A DNA stretch of 63,098 bases, the filler included, from Octopus bimaculoides (Eukaryota), in assembly GCF_001194135.2 (NCBI RefSeq). It is 5 parts of 5 records of this genome, joined end to end, with 100 filler letters (N's around TTAATTAATTAA, not from the genome) between each part and the next. Parts side by side here need not be neighbours in the genome. Positions count along the whole stretch, not along the records: positions 24,035 to 42,434 come from NW_026417859.1; 4 more parts are not named here. The stretch is one strand, 5' to 3'. The number at the start of each line of letters is the position of its first letter. The first letter of the stretch is position 1. The notes beneath the pieces were generated by a model that did no database searches, was not told the DNA's origin, and saw only the letters and a program-made list of their open reading frames with translations. Made by a program: the position numbers and the translations under genes. This document shows positions 24,388-36,891 of this stretch, piece by piece.

Positions 24388-25732
24388 CATGTGTGTATGT
24401 AAGTGTGCATGGTGTGTATTGAGTGTGTGCATGTGCGAAATTTTGAATGGCAAGGAAGCATGTGTGTGTGTATATATATANNNNNNNNNNNNNNNNNNNN
24501 NNNNNNNNNNNNNNNNNNNNNNNNNNNNNNNNNNNNNNNNNNNNNNNNNNNNNNNNNNNNNNNNNNNNNNNNNNNNNNNNNNNNNNNNNNNNNNNNNNNN
24601 NNNNNNNNNNNNNNNNNNNNNNNNNNNNNNNNNNNNNNNNNNNNNNNNNNNNNNNNNNNNNNNNNNNNNNNNNNNNNNNNNNNNNNNNNNNNNNNNNNNN
24701 NNNNNNNNNNNNNNNNNNNNNNNNNNNNNNNNNNNNNNNNNNNNNNNNNNNNNNNNNNNNNNNNNNNNNNNNNNNNNNNNNNNNNNNNNNNNNNNNNNNN
24801 NNNNNNNNNNNNNNNNNNNNNNNNNNNNNNNNNNNNNNNNNNNNNNNNNNNNNNNNNNNNNNNNNNNNNNNNNNNNNNNNNNNNNNNNNNNNNNNNNNNN
24901 NNNNNNNNNNNNNNNNNNNNNNNNNNNNNNNNNNNNNNNNNNNNNNNNNNNNNNNNNNNNNNNNNNNNNNNNNNNNNNNNNNNNNNNNNNNNNNNNNNNN
25001 NNNNNNNNNNNNNNNNNNNNNNNNNNNNNNNNNNNNNNNNNNNNNNNNNNNNNNNNNNNNNNNNNNNNNNNNNNNNNNNNNNNNNNNNNNNNNNNNNNNN
25101 NNNNNNNNNNNNNNNNNNNNNNNNNNNNNNNNNNNNNNNNNNNNNNNNNNNNNNNNNNNNNNNNNNNNNNNNNNNNNNNNNNNNNNNNNNNNNNNNNNNN
25201 NNNNNNNNNNNNNNNNNNNNNNNNNNNNNNNNNNNNNNNNNNNNNNNNNNNNNNNNNNNNNNNNNNNNNNNNNNNNNNNNNNNNNNNNNNNNNNNNNNNN
25301 NNNNNNNNNNNNNNNNNNNNNNNNNNNNNNNNNNNNNCCTCATACATCATACAAGAGTCAGATATCGAGGAATCATCGTCGATGTTGCTATTGTTTCATC
25401 CCTTATTTTGGAATCGGATTACACGTGCATGCGCAGTGTTTTGTGTTTAAAATGTGTGTGCGTACGTGCGTTCTTTCAACTTGTGTGTGTGAGTGTGTGA
25501 GAGTGTGTGTGTCTTTATTTTTCATAAATCTACCTTTTGTTGTTATCGACTATCATTACTTTTAATGGATCTGTGTGTGTGTGTACATATAAAAATCCCC
25601 ACACAAATGCGTGTGTATACATATAACGTATGCATGCATGTACACACCCACACATATACACGCACACATATTTATGTGTGTTTATGTATATATATATGTG
25701 TGTGTGTTTGTGTGTGTGTGCGTGGACATAAA

Positions 25733-25772
<40 letters not shown>

Positions 25773-25796
25773 GTATATGTGTGCATCTGTATTTAC

Positions 25797-25880
<84 letters not shown>

Positions 25881-26197
25881 AGGTTATATGTAACCACGTA
25901 TATTTGTGTGTATTTGTGCGTGTCTGTGACTATGTATATATCTATATATACATATATGTATATTTGTGTGTGTGTGTTTGTATTTCGCTTAAGCATTGCA
26001 AGACTATTGATCTGGTGTAGAACTCAATACTCCCATTCTCCTGAAAGAAGTGTTAGTTGAGTACAGAGATGGAATCGATGCTTATCTTACGAACTTCATT
26101 AGAGTACAGCTGTTTCTGCAGTGACTGATAGTTGAGTGTTTGAGTGACACATTAGAGCCTCATCGTGTATTTGTATAGAATGTTATCATTATAAGCA

Positions 26198-26711
26198 CTA
26201 TTCTTGGTGTGAGGAGTGGCATATTCCACTCCCCACGGCAATTTCACTGTACCCCTTTCACTTTTAAAAAAATATTTTTTCAAGTCTCGCTGACGCAGGC
26301 CTAATAGATTATTGCCTGATTATACATATATAACGACGCGAAGAGAGAAACGAAGACATAAAAAAGAGGAAGAAGTGGATACGAAGTGGTGTTTGGGCGA
26401 CGGATCTTGGTAGAAAAAAAAAAGAACTTCATGGGGAGTTAGTAAGGAGAGCAAAGCAAGACTGGACTTACCTGGGCTGGCAGGATGAAGAAAAAATTGC
26501 GGAGATGAAATTGGAGCAGTTGAAGTTGCCGTTGTTATCATTGGAGTGCCTCTTGGTAGACAACATTCTTCGTCCTTCCCTCGGGTGCACAAATCGAAAG
26601 ACCATGGGGACAGCCAACGTACAGTTGTGCGTGTGAGAATACTTGCTCTGTCAGATTCAAACCAACCGCTTGCGCAGATTGTCCCTGTGCCTTGTTGATT
26701 GTCACGGGAAA
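26198..26711 (-). mobile_element. Helitron 3' portion: Rep/helicase C-terminus, 3' UTR and candidate terminal hairpin
   Basis: 26538-26711 minus encodes FPVTINKAQGQSAQAVGLNLTEQVFSHAQLYVGC...GRTKNVVYQEAL*, the PIF1-type helicase end of Helitrons (cf. TINKSQGQ...FSHGQLYVA). Hairpin GGAGTGG-catatt-CCACTCC at 26213-26232, then ATAG|T (CTAG|T with one mismatch). The upstream part is lost in the gap. Confidence 0.8.
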
Positions 26712-27612
26712 NNNNNNNNNNNNNNNNNNNNNNNNNNNNNNNNNNNNNNNNNNNNNNNNNNNNNNNNNNNNNNNNNNNNNNNNNNNNNNNNNNNNNNNNN
26801 NNNNNNNNNNNNNNNNNNNNNNNNNNNNNNNNNNNNNNNNNNNNNNNNNNNNNNNNNNNNNNNNNNNNNNNNNNNNNNNNNNNNNNNNNNNNNNNNNNNN
26901 NNNNNNNNNNNNNNNNNNNNNNNNNNNNNNNNNNNNNNNNNNNNNNNNNNNNNNNNNNNNNNNNNNNNNNNNNNNNNNNNNNNNNNNNNNNNNNNNNNNN
27001 NNNNNNNNNNNNNNNNNNNNNNNNNNNNNNNNNNNNNNNNNNNNNNNNNNNNNNNNNNNNNNNNNNNNNNNNNNNNNNNNNNNNNNNNNNNNNNNNNNNN
27101 NNNNNNNNNNNNNNNNNNNNNNNNNNNNNNNNNNNNNNNNNNNNNNNNNNNNNNNNNNNNNNNNNNNNNNNNNNNNNNNNNNNNNNNNNNNNNNNNNNNN
27201 NNNNNNNNNNNNNNNNNNNNNNNNNNNNNNNNNNNNNNNNNNNNNNNNNNNNNNNNNNNNNNNNNNNNNNNNNNNNNNNNNNNNNNNNNNNNNNNNNNNN
27301 NNNNNNNNNNNNNNNNNNNNNNNNNNNNNNNNNNNNNNNNNNNNNNNNNNNNNNNNNNNNNNNNNNNNNNNNNNNNNNNNNNNNNNNNNNNNNNNNNNNN
27401 NNNNNNNNNNNNNNNNNNNNNNNNNNNNNNNNNNNNNNNNNNNNNNNNNNNNNNNNNNNNNNNNNNNNNNNNNNNNNNNNNNNNNNNNNNNNNNNNNNNN
27501 NNNNNNNNNNNNNNNNNNNNNNNNNNNNNNNNNNNNNNNNNNNNNNNNNNNNNNNNNNNNNNNNNNNNNNNNNNNNNNNNNNNNNNNNNNNNNNNNNNNN
27601 NNNNNNNNNNNA

Positions 27613-27745
27613 AGAGTGAGAGAAAGTTGTGGTGAAAGAGTACAGCAGGGTTCGCCACCATCCCCTGCCAGAGCCTCGTGGAGCTTTAGGTGTTTTCGCT
27701 CAATAAACACTCACAACGCCAGGTCTGGGAATCGAAACCGCGATC
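27613..27745 (-). mobile_element. SINE family 3 fragment
   Basis: Reverse complement of ~11465-11595. Confidence 0.85.
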
Positions 27746-27769
27746 CTATGTACATAAACCCAGTACACA

Positions 27770-27860
27770 AATAGTACTTATTTTTCGACCCCTAAAGATG
27801 AAAAGGAAAGCTGAAATCGGCGGGATTTAAACTCAGAACGTAATGATACACAAAATGCCG
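27770..27860 (-). mobile_element. SINE family 2 fragment
   Basis: agtacttatttttcgaccc...gggatttaaactcagaacgtaa. Confidence 0.7.
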
Positions 27861-28043
27861 TCACTCCTACTACCACCACCACCACTACTACTACCACTAC
27901 TACTACTACTACTACATTTATTGTTATTTGCTCTAATTGTTATTTTTCTGCTAAGAGTTCACTTGAAGTTTAGGTGCAGTTTAAGGTGGGTTCATGTATA
28001 TAAATGAGCGTATATGCGAAATTATATACATACATGTATTCAA

Positions 28044-28075
<32 letters not shown>

Positions 28076-28202
28076 GTGTGTGTATATATACATATAGATA
28101 GATAGATACCACATAGGTAGATAGATAGAGAGATAGATAAAGAGAGAAAGATCTTCATGTCTATACATTTGCACCCACCGATATAATGTCACATATACAC
28201 AG

Positions 28203-28260
<58 letters not shown>

Positions 28261-28537
28261 GAATATATATATGTATATATACATATATGCACACATACAC
28301 AAATGTATTTGGATACACAATCATAAATATAAAGACATGCAGACGCACCTACACACACACACATTTATACACACATGCATGCATAATATTTATATATACC
28401 CAGGGAAAGAGAGAGGGAGAAAGAGACAGACAAAGAGAGAAAGAATCAGAAGACATCGATATGAAGAATAAAATCCAAAACAATTTAATTAACAGACGAG
28501 ACCGTAAAATTAAATTTTACAAAAAAATTTTTTTTTC

Positions 28538-28538
28538 A

Positions 28539-28590
<52 letters not shown>
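28538..28590. repeat. (TAT)n microsatellite
   Basis: About 17 TAT units. Confidence 0.95.
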
Positions 28591-28592
<2 letters not shown>

Positions 28593-29667
28593 TTTACAAA
28601 TTAAAATATATATAAAAAAAAGAATGAAACAACCACATCACAGTGACATCAGCCTCAACACAGGATGTCAATTACTGAACGCTCATATCAAAAAAAATTT
28701 TGAAAGTCGGCCATTTTGAAATCCACGAAACATGAGTGTATGTACACNNNNNNNNNNNNNNNNNNNNNNNNNNNNNNNNNNNNNNNNNNNNNNNNNNNNN
28801 NNNNNNNNNNNNNNNNNNNNNNNNNNNNNNNNNNNNNNNNNNNNNNNNNNNNNNNNNNNNNNNNNNNNNNNNNNNNNNNNNNNNNNNNNNNNNNNNNNNN
28901 NNNNNNNNNNNNNNNNNNNNNNNNNNNNNNNNNNNNNNNNNNNNNNNNNNNNNNNNNNNNNNNNNNNNNNNNNNNNNNNNNNNNNNNNNNNNNNNNNNNN
29001 NNNNNNNNNNNNNNNNNNNNNNNNNNNNNNNNNNNNNNNNNNNNNNNNNNNNNNNNNNNNNNNNATCTCTATAGATTGATAGATTAATGTATATTATTTA
29101 AAATATTACATTATATAGCACACACACTCTGTATATATATATATATATATATATGAATAATAACAATAAATGGGGCAAAACGCATATAAATAAAAGTTCC
29201 TTTAATTCCTACATATGTTTCAAAATATATGTGCATTCTACTCCAAAGAAGCTGCTGGAATTGCACATATATTCATCGTCAGGGAACCAACATATAGAAG
29301 CAAGACAAATGCGAAATGATGAGGTAGCTTACGAGTTATAATATTATAATATTATATGGCCATGTAAGTGACCGTTAGATGTAAGAACGCTGGTTTACAT
29401 AGAGTTATAATGTGAGGGAGGCTGTAAATGCTATACTAAAGGTTTAAATTAAATTATTAAAATAGGGGAAGGCAAAATGGATCACAGTAAAGTAAGCTGA
29501 AATCGTAAACTAAAAGCTAATTCAAATGTGGAGGAATGGAGATAATCAAGAGACTTCATCATGTATATAGCACACACACATGAATTGAGATAATATTAAT
29601 ATATGCATAAACTTATATTTCGTTTTTCGATTTGGTTTGCAAGATTTTTTATGTGATTTCGTGTGTT

Positions 29668-29911
29668 GAAGTATATTCTGTTGTGTCTGGGGAGAGTCAT
29701 TTTCTTATTGTGCCTTAAAATTTAACACACTCACCGGTAAACTTTCCACTTATTTCTTATTTTTATTTTCCTAAAATTTTCGTTGCGTCTTGCGACCTTT
29801 TCAATAGTCTTGACTCTCTTGAGAAATAAGTGGAAATTTTACCGGTGATTGTGTTAAATTTTAAGGCACAATGAGAAAATGAATCTTCCCAGACACAACA
29901 GCATAAACTTC
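29668..29911. repeat. Inverted repeat: ~90-bp arms, ~64-bp spacer
   Basis: 29668-29757 (GAAGTATATTCTGTTGTGTCTGGGG...TTCCACTTATTTCT) pairs with 29822-29911 (AGAAATAAGTGGAA...CAGACACAACAGCATAAACTTC). Confidence 0.85.
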
Positions 29912-30674
29912 AGAAGGGAATATTTATATAGATTTATATATTGCTATTATTATTGAAGGCAATATAAATACTCCGTAATAACAGCAATATTAATATTGGT
30001 GGTTGCAAGTTTGAAATATAGCATTATATAGCTAAAAATAAATAAAATTACATTAATCAATAGGGACACATTAAAGTGTCGACCCGCTAGAAATAAGAGT
30101 CAAAACCCTTATTACAACCACCAAACAAATTTACACTGAAAACAACAGATTCAGAATACAGTATACAGCGGCAATGATGATGGTGGTGGTGANNNNNNNN
30201 NNNNNNNNNNNNNNNNNNNNNNNNNNNNNNNNNNNNNNNNNNNNNNNNNNNNNNNNNNNNNNNNNNNNNNNNNNNNNNNNNNNNNNNNNNNNNNNNNNNN
30301 NNNNNNNNNNNNNNNNNNNNNNNNNNNNNNNNNNNNNNNNNNNNNNNNNNNNNNNNNNNNNNNNNNNNNNNNNNNNNNNNNNNNNNNNNNNNNNNNNNNN
30401 NNNNNNNNNNNNNNNNNNNNNNNNNNNNNNNNNNNNNNNNNNNNNNNNNNNNNNNNNNNNNNNNNNNNNNNNNNNNNNNNNNNNNNNNNNNNNNNNNNNN
30501 NNNNNNNNNNNNNNNNNNNNNNNNNNNNNNNNNNNNNNNNNNNNNNNNNNNNNNNNNNNNNNNNNNNNNNNNNNNNNNNNNNNNNNNNNNNNNNNNNNNN
30601 NNNNNNNNNNNNNNNNNNNNNNNNNNNNNNNNNNNNNNNNNNNNNNNNNNNNNNNNNNNNNNNNNNNNNNNNNN

Positions 30675-30913
30675 AAGTGTGTGTGCGCCACTCTCTCGCT
30701 CTCTATGCGCGCGCGTCTTTGTGTGTGTGTGTGTGTGTGTGTGTTTTAAACGACAGAAATTACTGAATGCCTTAAAGGCCAATTCTCTTTATTTCATTCT
30801 GTTATTTGATTCATTCAGTTGACTACGGCCATGCTGGAGCACCGCCCAGAAGTGTTTCTGTCGAACAATTCTGCCCGAAGCTATAGTTAAAGACATTTGC
30901 CCAAGATGCCACG
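30675..30913 (+). repeat. Local direct duplication, copy 1 (copy 2 at 32292-32530), containing a divergent SINE1-related segment
   Basis: Near-identical sequence from AAGTGTGTGTGCGCCACTC to GATGCCACG. Confidence 0.9.
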
Positions 30914-30941
30914 GTAGTCCACCGTCTCAGAAGAACTACGT

Positions 30942-30972
<31 letters not shown>

Positions 30973-31997
30973 TATATTCATTTCAGACATATCATTGCCA
31001 TAGATGTACCCTGTTTCTATTTTTGGCAACTCGTAGCAGATGTCAACATTTTGCCACTGAAATTAACTAAAATATAATTAGTCCGTTCAACACCCGCAAA
31101 ACCACACAAAAATAATTTTTTATGGGTTTTAAAACAGAAACGGTGTAGTGACAAGTAAAATATATTGTAAAAAAGGGAATGCAAAAGAAATATGTAAACT
31201 GGTTTTATTAACGGAATTAACCTCAAAGATGGGACGATTGAGGGCACGTACTGCAGCTTTCCGCTCGTAATTCAAGACAAAGATTCGCACGAGTCTCGGT
31301 TCGTATAGAAAATTACTCGTACAATGTGGAACCCGTATTGCGAGGTTCTACTATATGTAGTGCTTAAATATGTATCATGGTAAACAGATGCAAAAGGAAT
31401 GTGTACGCGTTTGAAGTAAACAAATGAATGAATCGATTCATAATCAAAAATAATTTATTCACTGGACTTAATTTGTCTTTGGTACGCATAATTCTTCACT
31501 AAGTGCAAAATGTTGACATCTGCTACGAGTTGCTAGAAATAAAAACAGGGTACATCTGTGGCAATGATATGTCTGAAATGAATATATGTTTGTGTTTGTG
31601 TGTGTGTCTGTGTACGTAGTTCATCTGACACAGTGGACGACCGTGGAACTTCAAACATTGCTCTGGGTCTATGCGAAAAACTGTTCGCTGTCAACATTTT
31701 GCACGTAGTGAAGAATTATACGTACCAACGACAAATTAAGTCCAGTGAATAAATTATTTTTGATTATGAATCGATTCATTCATTTGTTTACTTCAAAGTC
31801 GTACACATTCCTTTTGCATCTGCTTACCATGATACATATTTAAGCACTACATATAGTAGAACCTCGCAGTACGGGTTCCTCATTGTACGAGTAATTTTCT
31901 ATACGAACGGAGACCCGTGCGAATTTTTGTCTTGAAGTACGAGCAGAAAACTGCTGTACAAGCACACAAATCGTCCCATCTTTGAGGTAATTGCGTT
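30909..31997 (+). repeat. Host copy of unit U, split at TCAACATTTTGC
   Basis: 30909-31054 and 31691-31997 align colinearly to ~33729-34165. Confidence 0.85.
31055..31690 (-). mobile_element. Inverted full copy of unit U (636 bp) flanked by a 12-bp direct repeat
   Basis: Reverse complement of 33685-34318; TCAACATTTTGC at 31043-31054 and 31691-31702. Confidence 0.8.
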
Positions 31998-32291
31998 AAA
32001 CAAAAAACATATTCAACAGTATACAGCAGCAATGATGATGGTGGTGGTGTGATGATGGCGGTGGTGACGATGATTGCGGTGTGGTGATATTGGTAACGGG
32101 GCGGGTGGCCGCGGCGGCGGTGGTGGTGGTGTACACCTTTCGCCCTGTCACAGCTTCGACGTGCTGAGAGGGGCAAGTTGCTTTAAAAAATACTATTATT
32201 AATCATCACGTGTGTAGAGATGCGGGACCCGAGATCGAATTACAGCTGGGTTGCGATGACAAGTGACTTTCGACGATACAACTATAACTCT

Positions 32292-32560
32292 AAGTGTGTG
32301 TGCGCCACTCTCTCGCTCTCTATGCGCGCGCGTCTTTGTGTGTGTGTGTGTGTGTGTGTGTTTTAAACGACAGAAATTACTGAATGCCTTAAAGGCCAAT
32401 TCTCTTTATTTCATTCTGTTATTTGATTCATTCAGTTGACTACGGCCATGCTGGAGCACCGCCCTGAAGTGTTTCTGTCGAACATTTCTGCCCGAAGCTA
32501 TAGTTAAAGACACTTGCCGACGATGCCACGCAGTGGGACTGGGCCACATACCTGGGGCCA
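32292..32560 (+). repeat. Local direct duplication, copy 2
   Basis: Matches 30675-30913 and continues into SINE1-like CAGTGGGACT. Confidence 0.9.
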
Positions 32561-32857
32561 GCTAGGGTGGGGTAATGTCTGTGGTTCCTGCCTATGGTTG
32601 GTGAGAGTCGAAATATCAAATAGGATATTTCAGTTGTGTACACAGAGAAATAGACGGCTTCGACAGACAGCCCCCACCTCTATTCTTAGATATTCATTTG
32701 TTTTATAAAATTACTTCACGTCTGGTGCCTACGGTCTTTTATAATGGAGTAATGTTCCCATTCTTCTACTTAAAAGTTACGTGAGAAATAGCTGTGATGA
32801 GCTCACATTTATCCATCGTATGTTATTATTCATTTGATTATGTATATATATACACCT

Positions 32858-33179
32858 GTGATATGAAGGACACTGACTGGGAGAACAATGCCTGTCATCG
32901 CCACGGATGGAGGAAGCAGGTTCAGGAGGGGCTCGACACTTTTGAGAGTGCACGTATCCAACATGAAGAACTTAAGCGAGCTGCGAGAAAGTGCACGGCT
33001 CGTATAGTGAATGGGGGAAAGCTTGGTCTGCAATGTTTGCAGTCGTGTATGCTTGTCAAAAGCAGGGCTCATTAGCCACCAACGGAGCCGCAAATGCAAA
33101 ATATAAGTTAGTCCTAGAGCAGACAATGTTCCTGAAGGTCAGCAATGGTCTTCCTCGGTCACTAGTAGACGGCCATCAC
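32858..33179 (+). pseudogene. RTE (BovB-like) LINE 3' end
   Basis: Reads TDWENNACHRHGWRKQVQEGLDTFE...KRAARK, then after a frameshift SRVCLSKAGLISHQRSRKCKI*, the WE..A.DR..WR...G...FE and CxxC..GL.SH C-terminus of RTE ORF. Confidence 0.85.
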
Positions 33180-33684
33180 ATATATATATATATATANNNN
33201 NNNNNNNNNNNNNNNNNNNNNNNNNNNNNNNNNNNNNNNNNNNNNNNNNNNNNNNNNNNNNNNNNNNNNNNNNNNNNNNNNNNNNNNNNNNNNNNNNNNN
33301 NNNNNNNNNNNNNNNNNNNNNNNNNNNNNNNNNNNNNNNNNNNNNNNNNNNNNNNNNNNNNNNNNNNNNNNNNNNNNNNNNNNNNNNTGTGTGTGTGTGT
33401 GTAAATATTAACACTTCCTTCTCCAAGCCTTGATTCTAAACCGAATCTAAGAATTCTTGGCGCAAAAACAGATTTTCTTTGTCCTGTAAAAAAGTGATTG
33501 ATTACCTCCCTTTGACCGATAATCTCAGCTATGCCAGGCGAAGTTCAAACGGACAGGTGCTGAGCAATTTAGGTACAAACACTGCTGCAGTATGTCTGTC
33601 CTTCTAGCTGCCACTATTATTATAACTACCGATGGTCAACAGACAAGGGAGAAAGGCCTAGCCAGAAAACGAGAAAGGCCAAGC

Positions 33685-34318
33685 CAGCGAACAGTTTTTC
33701 GCATAGACCCAGAGCAATGTTTGAAGTTCCACGGTAGTCCACTGTCTCAGATAAACTACGTACACAGACACACACACAAACACAAACATATATTCATTTC
33801 AGACATATCATTTCCACAGATGTACCCTGTTTCTATTTCTAGCAACTCGTAGCAGATCTCAACATTTTGCTTGTAATGAAGAATTATGCGTACCAAAGAC
33901 AAATTAAGTCCAGTGAATAAATTACTTTTAATTATGAATCGACTCATTCATTTGTTTACTTCAAAGGCGTGCACATTCCTTTTGCATCTGCTTACCATGA
34001 TACATATTTAAGCACTACATATAGTAGAACCTCGCAGTACGGGTTCCACATTGTACGAGTAATTTTCTATACGAACCGAGACTCGTGCGAATTTTTGTCT
34101 TGAAGTACGAGCAGAAAGCTGCAGTACGTGCCCTCAATCGTCCCATCTTTGAGGTTAATTCCGTTAATAAAACCAGTTTACATATTTCTTTTGCATTCTC
34201 TTGTTTTACAATATATTTTACTTGTCACTAATCCATTTCTGTTTTAAAACCCATAAAAGATTATTTTTGTGTGGTTTTGCGGGTGTTGAACGGATTAATC
34301 ATATTTTAGATAATTTCA
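33685..34318 (+). repeat. Uninterrupted copy of unit U (~635 bp)
   Basis: Starts CAGCGAACAG, ends TAATTTCA, and carries a pogo/Tigger-like terminus TA|TAGTAGAACCTCGCAGTACG at ~34022. Confidence 0.85.
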
Positions 34319-35564
34319 AACATAAATAGACGCATGTATATGTGTGTCTGTGTATGTACACACACAGAACACACACGTAGAAATATTTGCATTCTTGCAT
34401 CTCTGTAAATATTTCTCTCTCTCTCTCCCTCTCTCTCTACCTATATATTTATACGTATAATACCAACCTGTCTATTTATATGACTATGTGTATATCTATC
34501 CAAATATATACATATATATATTTATAATATGTATATATATATATATATANNNNNNNNNNNNNNNNNNNNNNNNNNNNNNNNNNNNNNNNNNNNNNNNNNN
34601 NNNNNNNNNNNNNNNNNNNNNNNNNNNNNNNNNNNNNNNNNNNNNNNNNNNNNNNNNNNNNNNNNNNNNNNNNNNNNNNNNNNNNNNNNNNNNNNNNNNN
34701 NNNNNNNNNNNNNNNNNNNNNNNNNNNNNNNNNNNNNNNNNNNNNNNNNNNNNNNNNNNNNNNNNNNNNNNNNNNNNNNNNNNNNNNNNNNNNNNNNNNN
34801 NNNNNNNNNNNNNNNNNNNNNNNNNNNNNNNNNNNNNNNNNNNNNNNNNNNNNNNNNNNNNNNNNNNNNNNNNNNNNNNNNNNNNNNNNNNNNNNNNNNN
34901 NNNNNNNNNNNNNNNNNNNNNNNNNNNNNNNNNNNNNNNNNNNNNNNNNNNNNNNNNNNNNNNNNNNNNNNNNNNNNNNNNNNNNNNNNNNNNNNNNNNN
35001 NNNNNNNNNNNNNNNNNNNNNNNNNNNNNNNNNNNNNNNNNNNNNNNNNNNNNNNNNNNNNNNNNNNNNNNNNNNNNNNNNNNNNNNNNNNNNNNNNNNN
35101 NNNNNNNNNNNNNNNNNNNNNNNNNNNNNNNNNNNNNNNNNNNNNNNNNNNNNNNNNNNNNNNNNNNNNNNNNNNNNNNNNNNNNNNNNNNNNNNNNNNN
35201 NNNNNNNNNNNNNNNNNNNNNNNNNNNNNNNNNNNNNNNNNNNNNNNNNNNNNNNNNNNNNNNNNNNNNNNNNNNNNNNNNNNNNNNNNNNNNNNNNNNN
35301 NNNNNNNNNNNNNNNNNNNNNNNNNNNNNNNNNNNNNNNNNNNNNNNNNNNNNNNNNNNNNNNNNNNNNNNNNNNNNNNNNNNNNNNNNNNNNNNNNNNN
35401 NNNNNNNNNNNNNNNNNNNNNNNNNNNNNNNNNNNNNNNNNNNNNNNNNNNNNNNNNNNNNNNNNNNNNNNNNNNNNNNNNNNNNNNNNNNNNNNNNNNN
35501 NNNNNNNNNNNNNNNNNNNNNNNATATATATATATGTATATATGGTATATAAATATATATAGTG

Positions 35565-35596
<32 letters not shown>

Positions 35597-35663
35597 TATG
35601 CATATATATATAGGTGCTTATGCATACATACACTCTCACGTATACACACATATACGCAAATAT

Positions 35664-35699
<36 letters not shown>

Positions 35700-36109
35700 G
35701 TATGTATATGGATAGTAGTACAGTATTCATGTGTAATGATCTATAAAAGATTAACATAGAAACGCATTTATTCACGTAGATAACTATCTATCTATATACA
35801 TGTATATACTAGTATATATAGATATATTCTAGTATGTATATATATATAAACTAGTATCATTTTGATAAACATACCCGTGCATGTCGTCAATGTCTGTATA
35901 TGATTTCATATATACTCATACATCCGTAGATACATATATAAATACGTACCTAGATATGAGTCGACAATTGTGTACAGCCCTGAGCAGGCATATTCCTGTT
36001 GTTATATATAACAGGGATTCTTAATGCGAAATTCCATCCATCCATCCATATAGGAATACCCGACCGTATATAAATGCGTTCTAGTGTACATGTATATCTA
36101 CATATCCCC

Positions 36110-36215
<106 letters not shown>

Positions 36216-36421
36216 GTGTGTATGTTATTCGTATTCGTGTGCCAAAACCACTTTAATATTTACAGAAATCCAATAATCTTGAATCTACGCCAGACTGGTG
36301 GTAGTGCCGTTAGTTTTCGTGCTAGTAGTAGTAGCAGCAGTAGTAGTAGTAGCAGTAGCAGTATAGTAGTACTTGTGGTAGTAGTAGTAGTAGTAGTAGT
36401 GGTAGTAAAAGCGATACAGCT

Positions 36422-36580
36422 GGCGATAGTATTGGTAGTCGTAATCGCTACATTGCTTGTTGAGGTTGTGGCGATAGATTCTGATTCCAGTTTGGGCGAT
36501 AGTATTGGTAGTCGTAATCGCTACATTGCTTTGTTGAGGTTGTGGCGATAGATTTTGATTCCAGTTTGGGCGATAGTATT
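36422..36580. repeat. Tandem repeat, ~73-bp unit, ~2.2 copies
   Basis: GGCGATAGTATTGGTAGTCGTAATCGCTACATTGCT...GATTCCAGTTTG at 36422 and 36495, with a partial third copy. Confidence 0.9.
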
Positions 36581-36719
36581 GATAGTATCATTTTAAAATA
36601 GCTATTTGTGTATCATACTAAATGTATATGCAACGGTGAAAGAGACGACGCTGCTAAAATAGTGAATATCGGAACAAGACGGAATATATATGAAAACATA
36701 TATATACATACATACATAC

Positions 36720-36767
<48 letters not shown>

Positions 36768-36853
36768 CACATATATATATATTAATATATATTATTATAT
36801 TCATATATACAATAATACATACATATATATATGTACGTAATCACACACGCACG

Positions 36854-36891
<38 letters not shown>

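Noticed and set aside
35800-35890. Three CTAGTAT motifs as Helitron termini
   Set aside because: They sit in TA-rich microsatellite with no convincing GC-rich hairpin.
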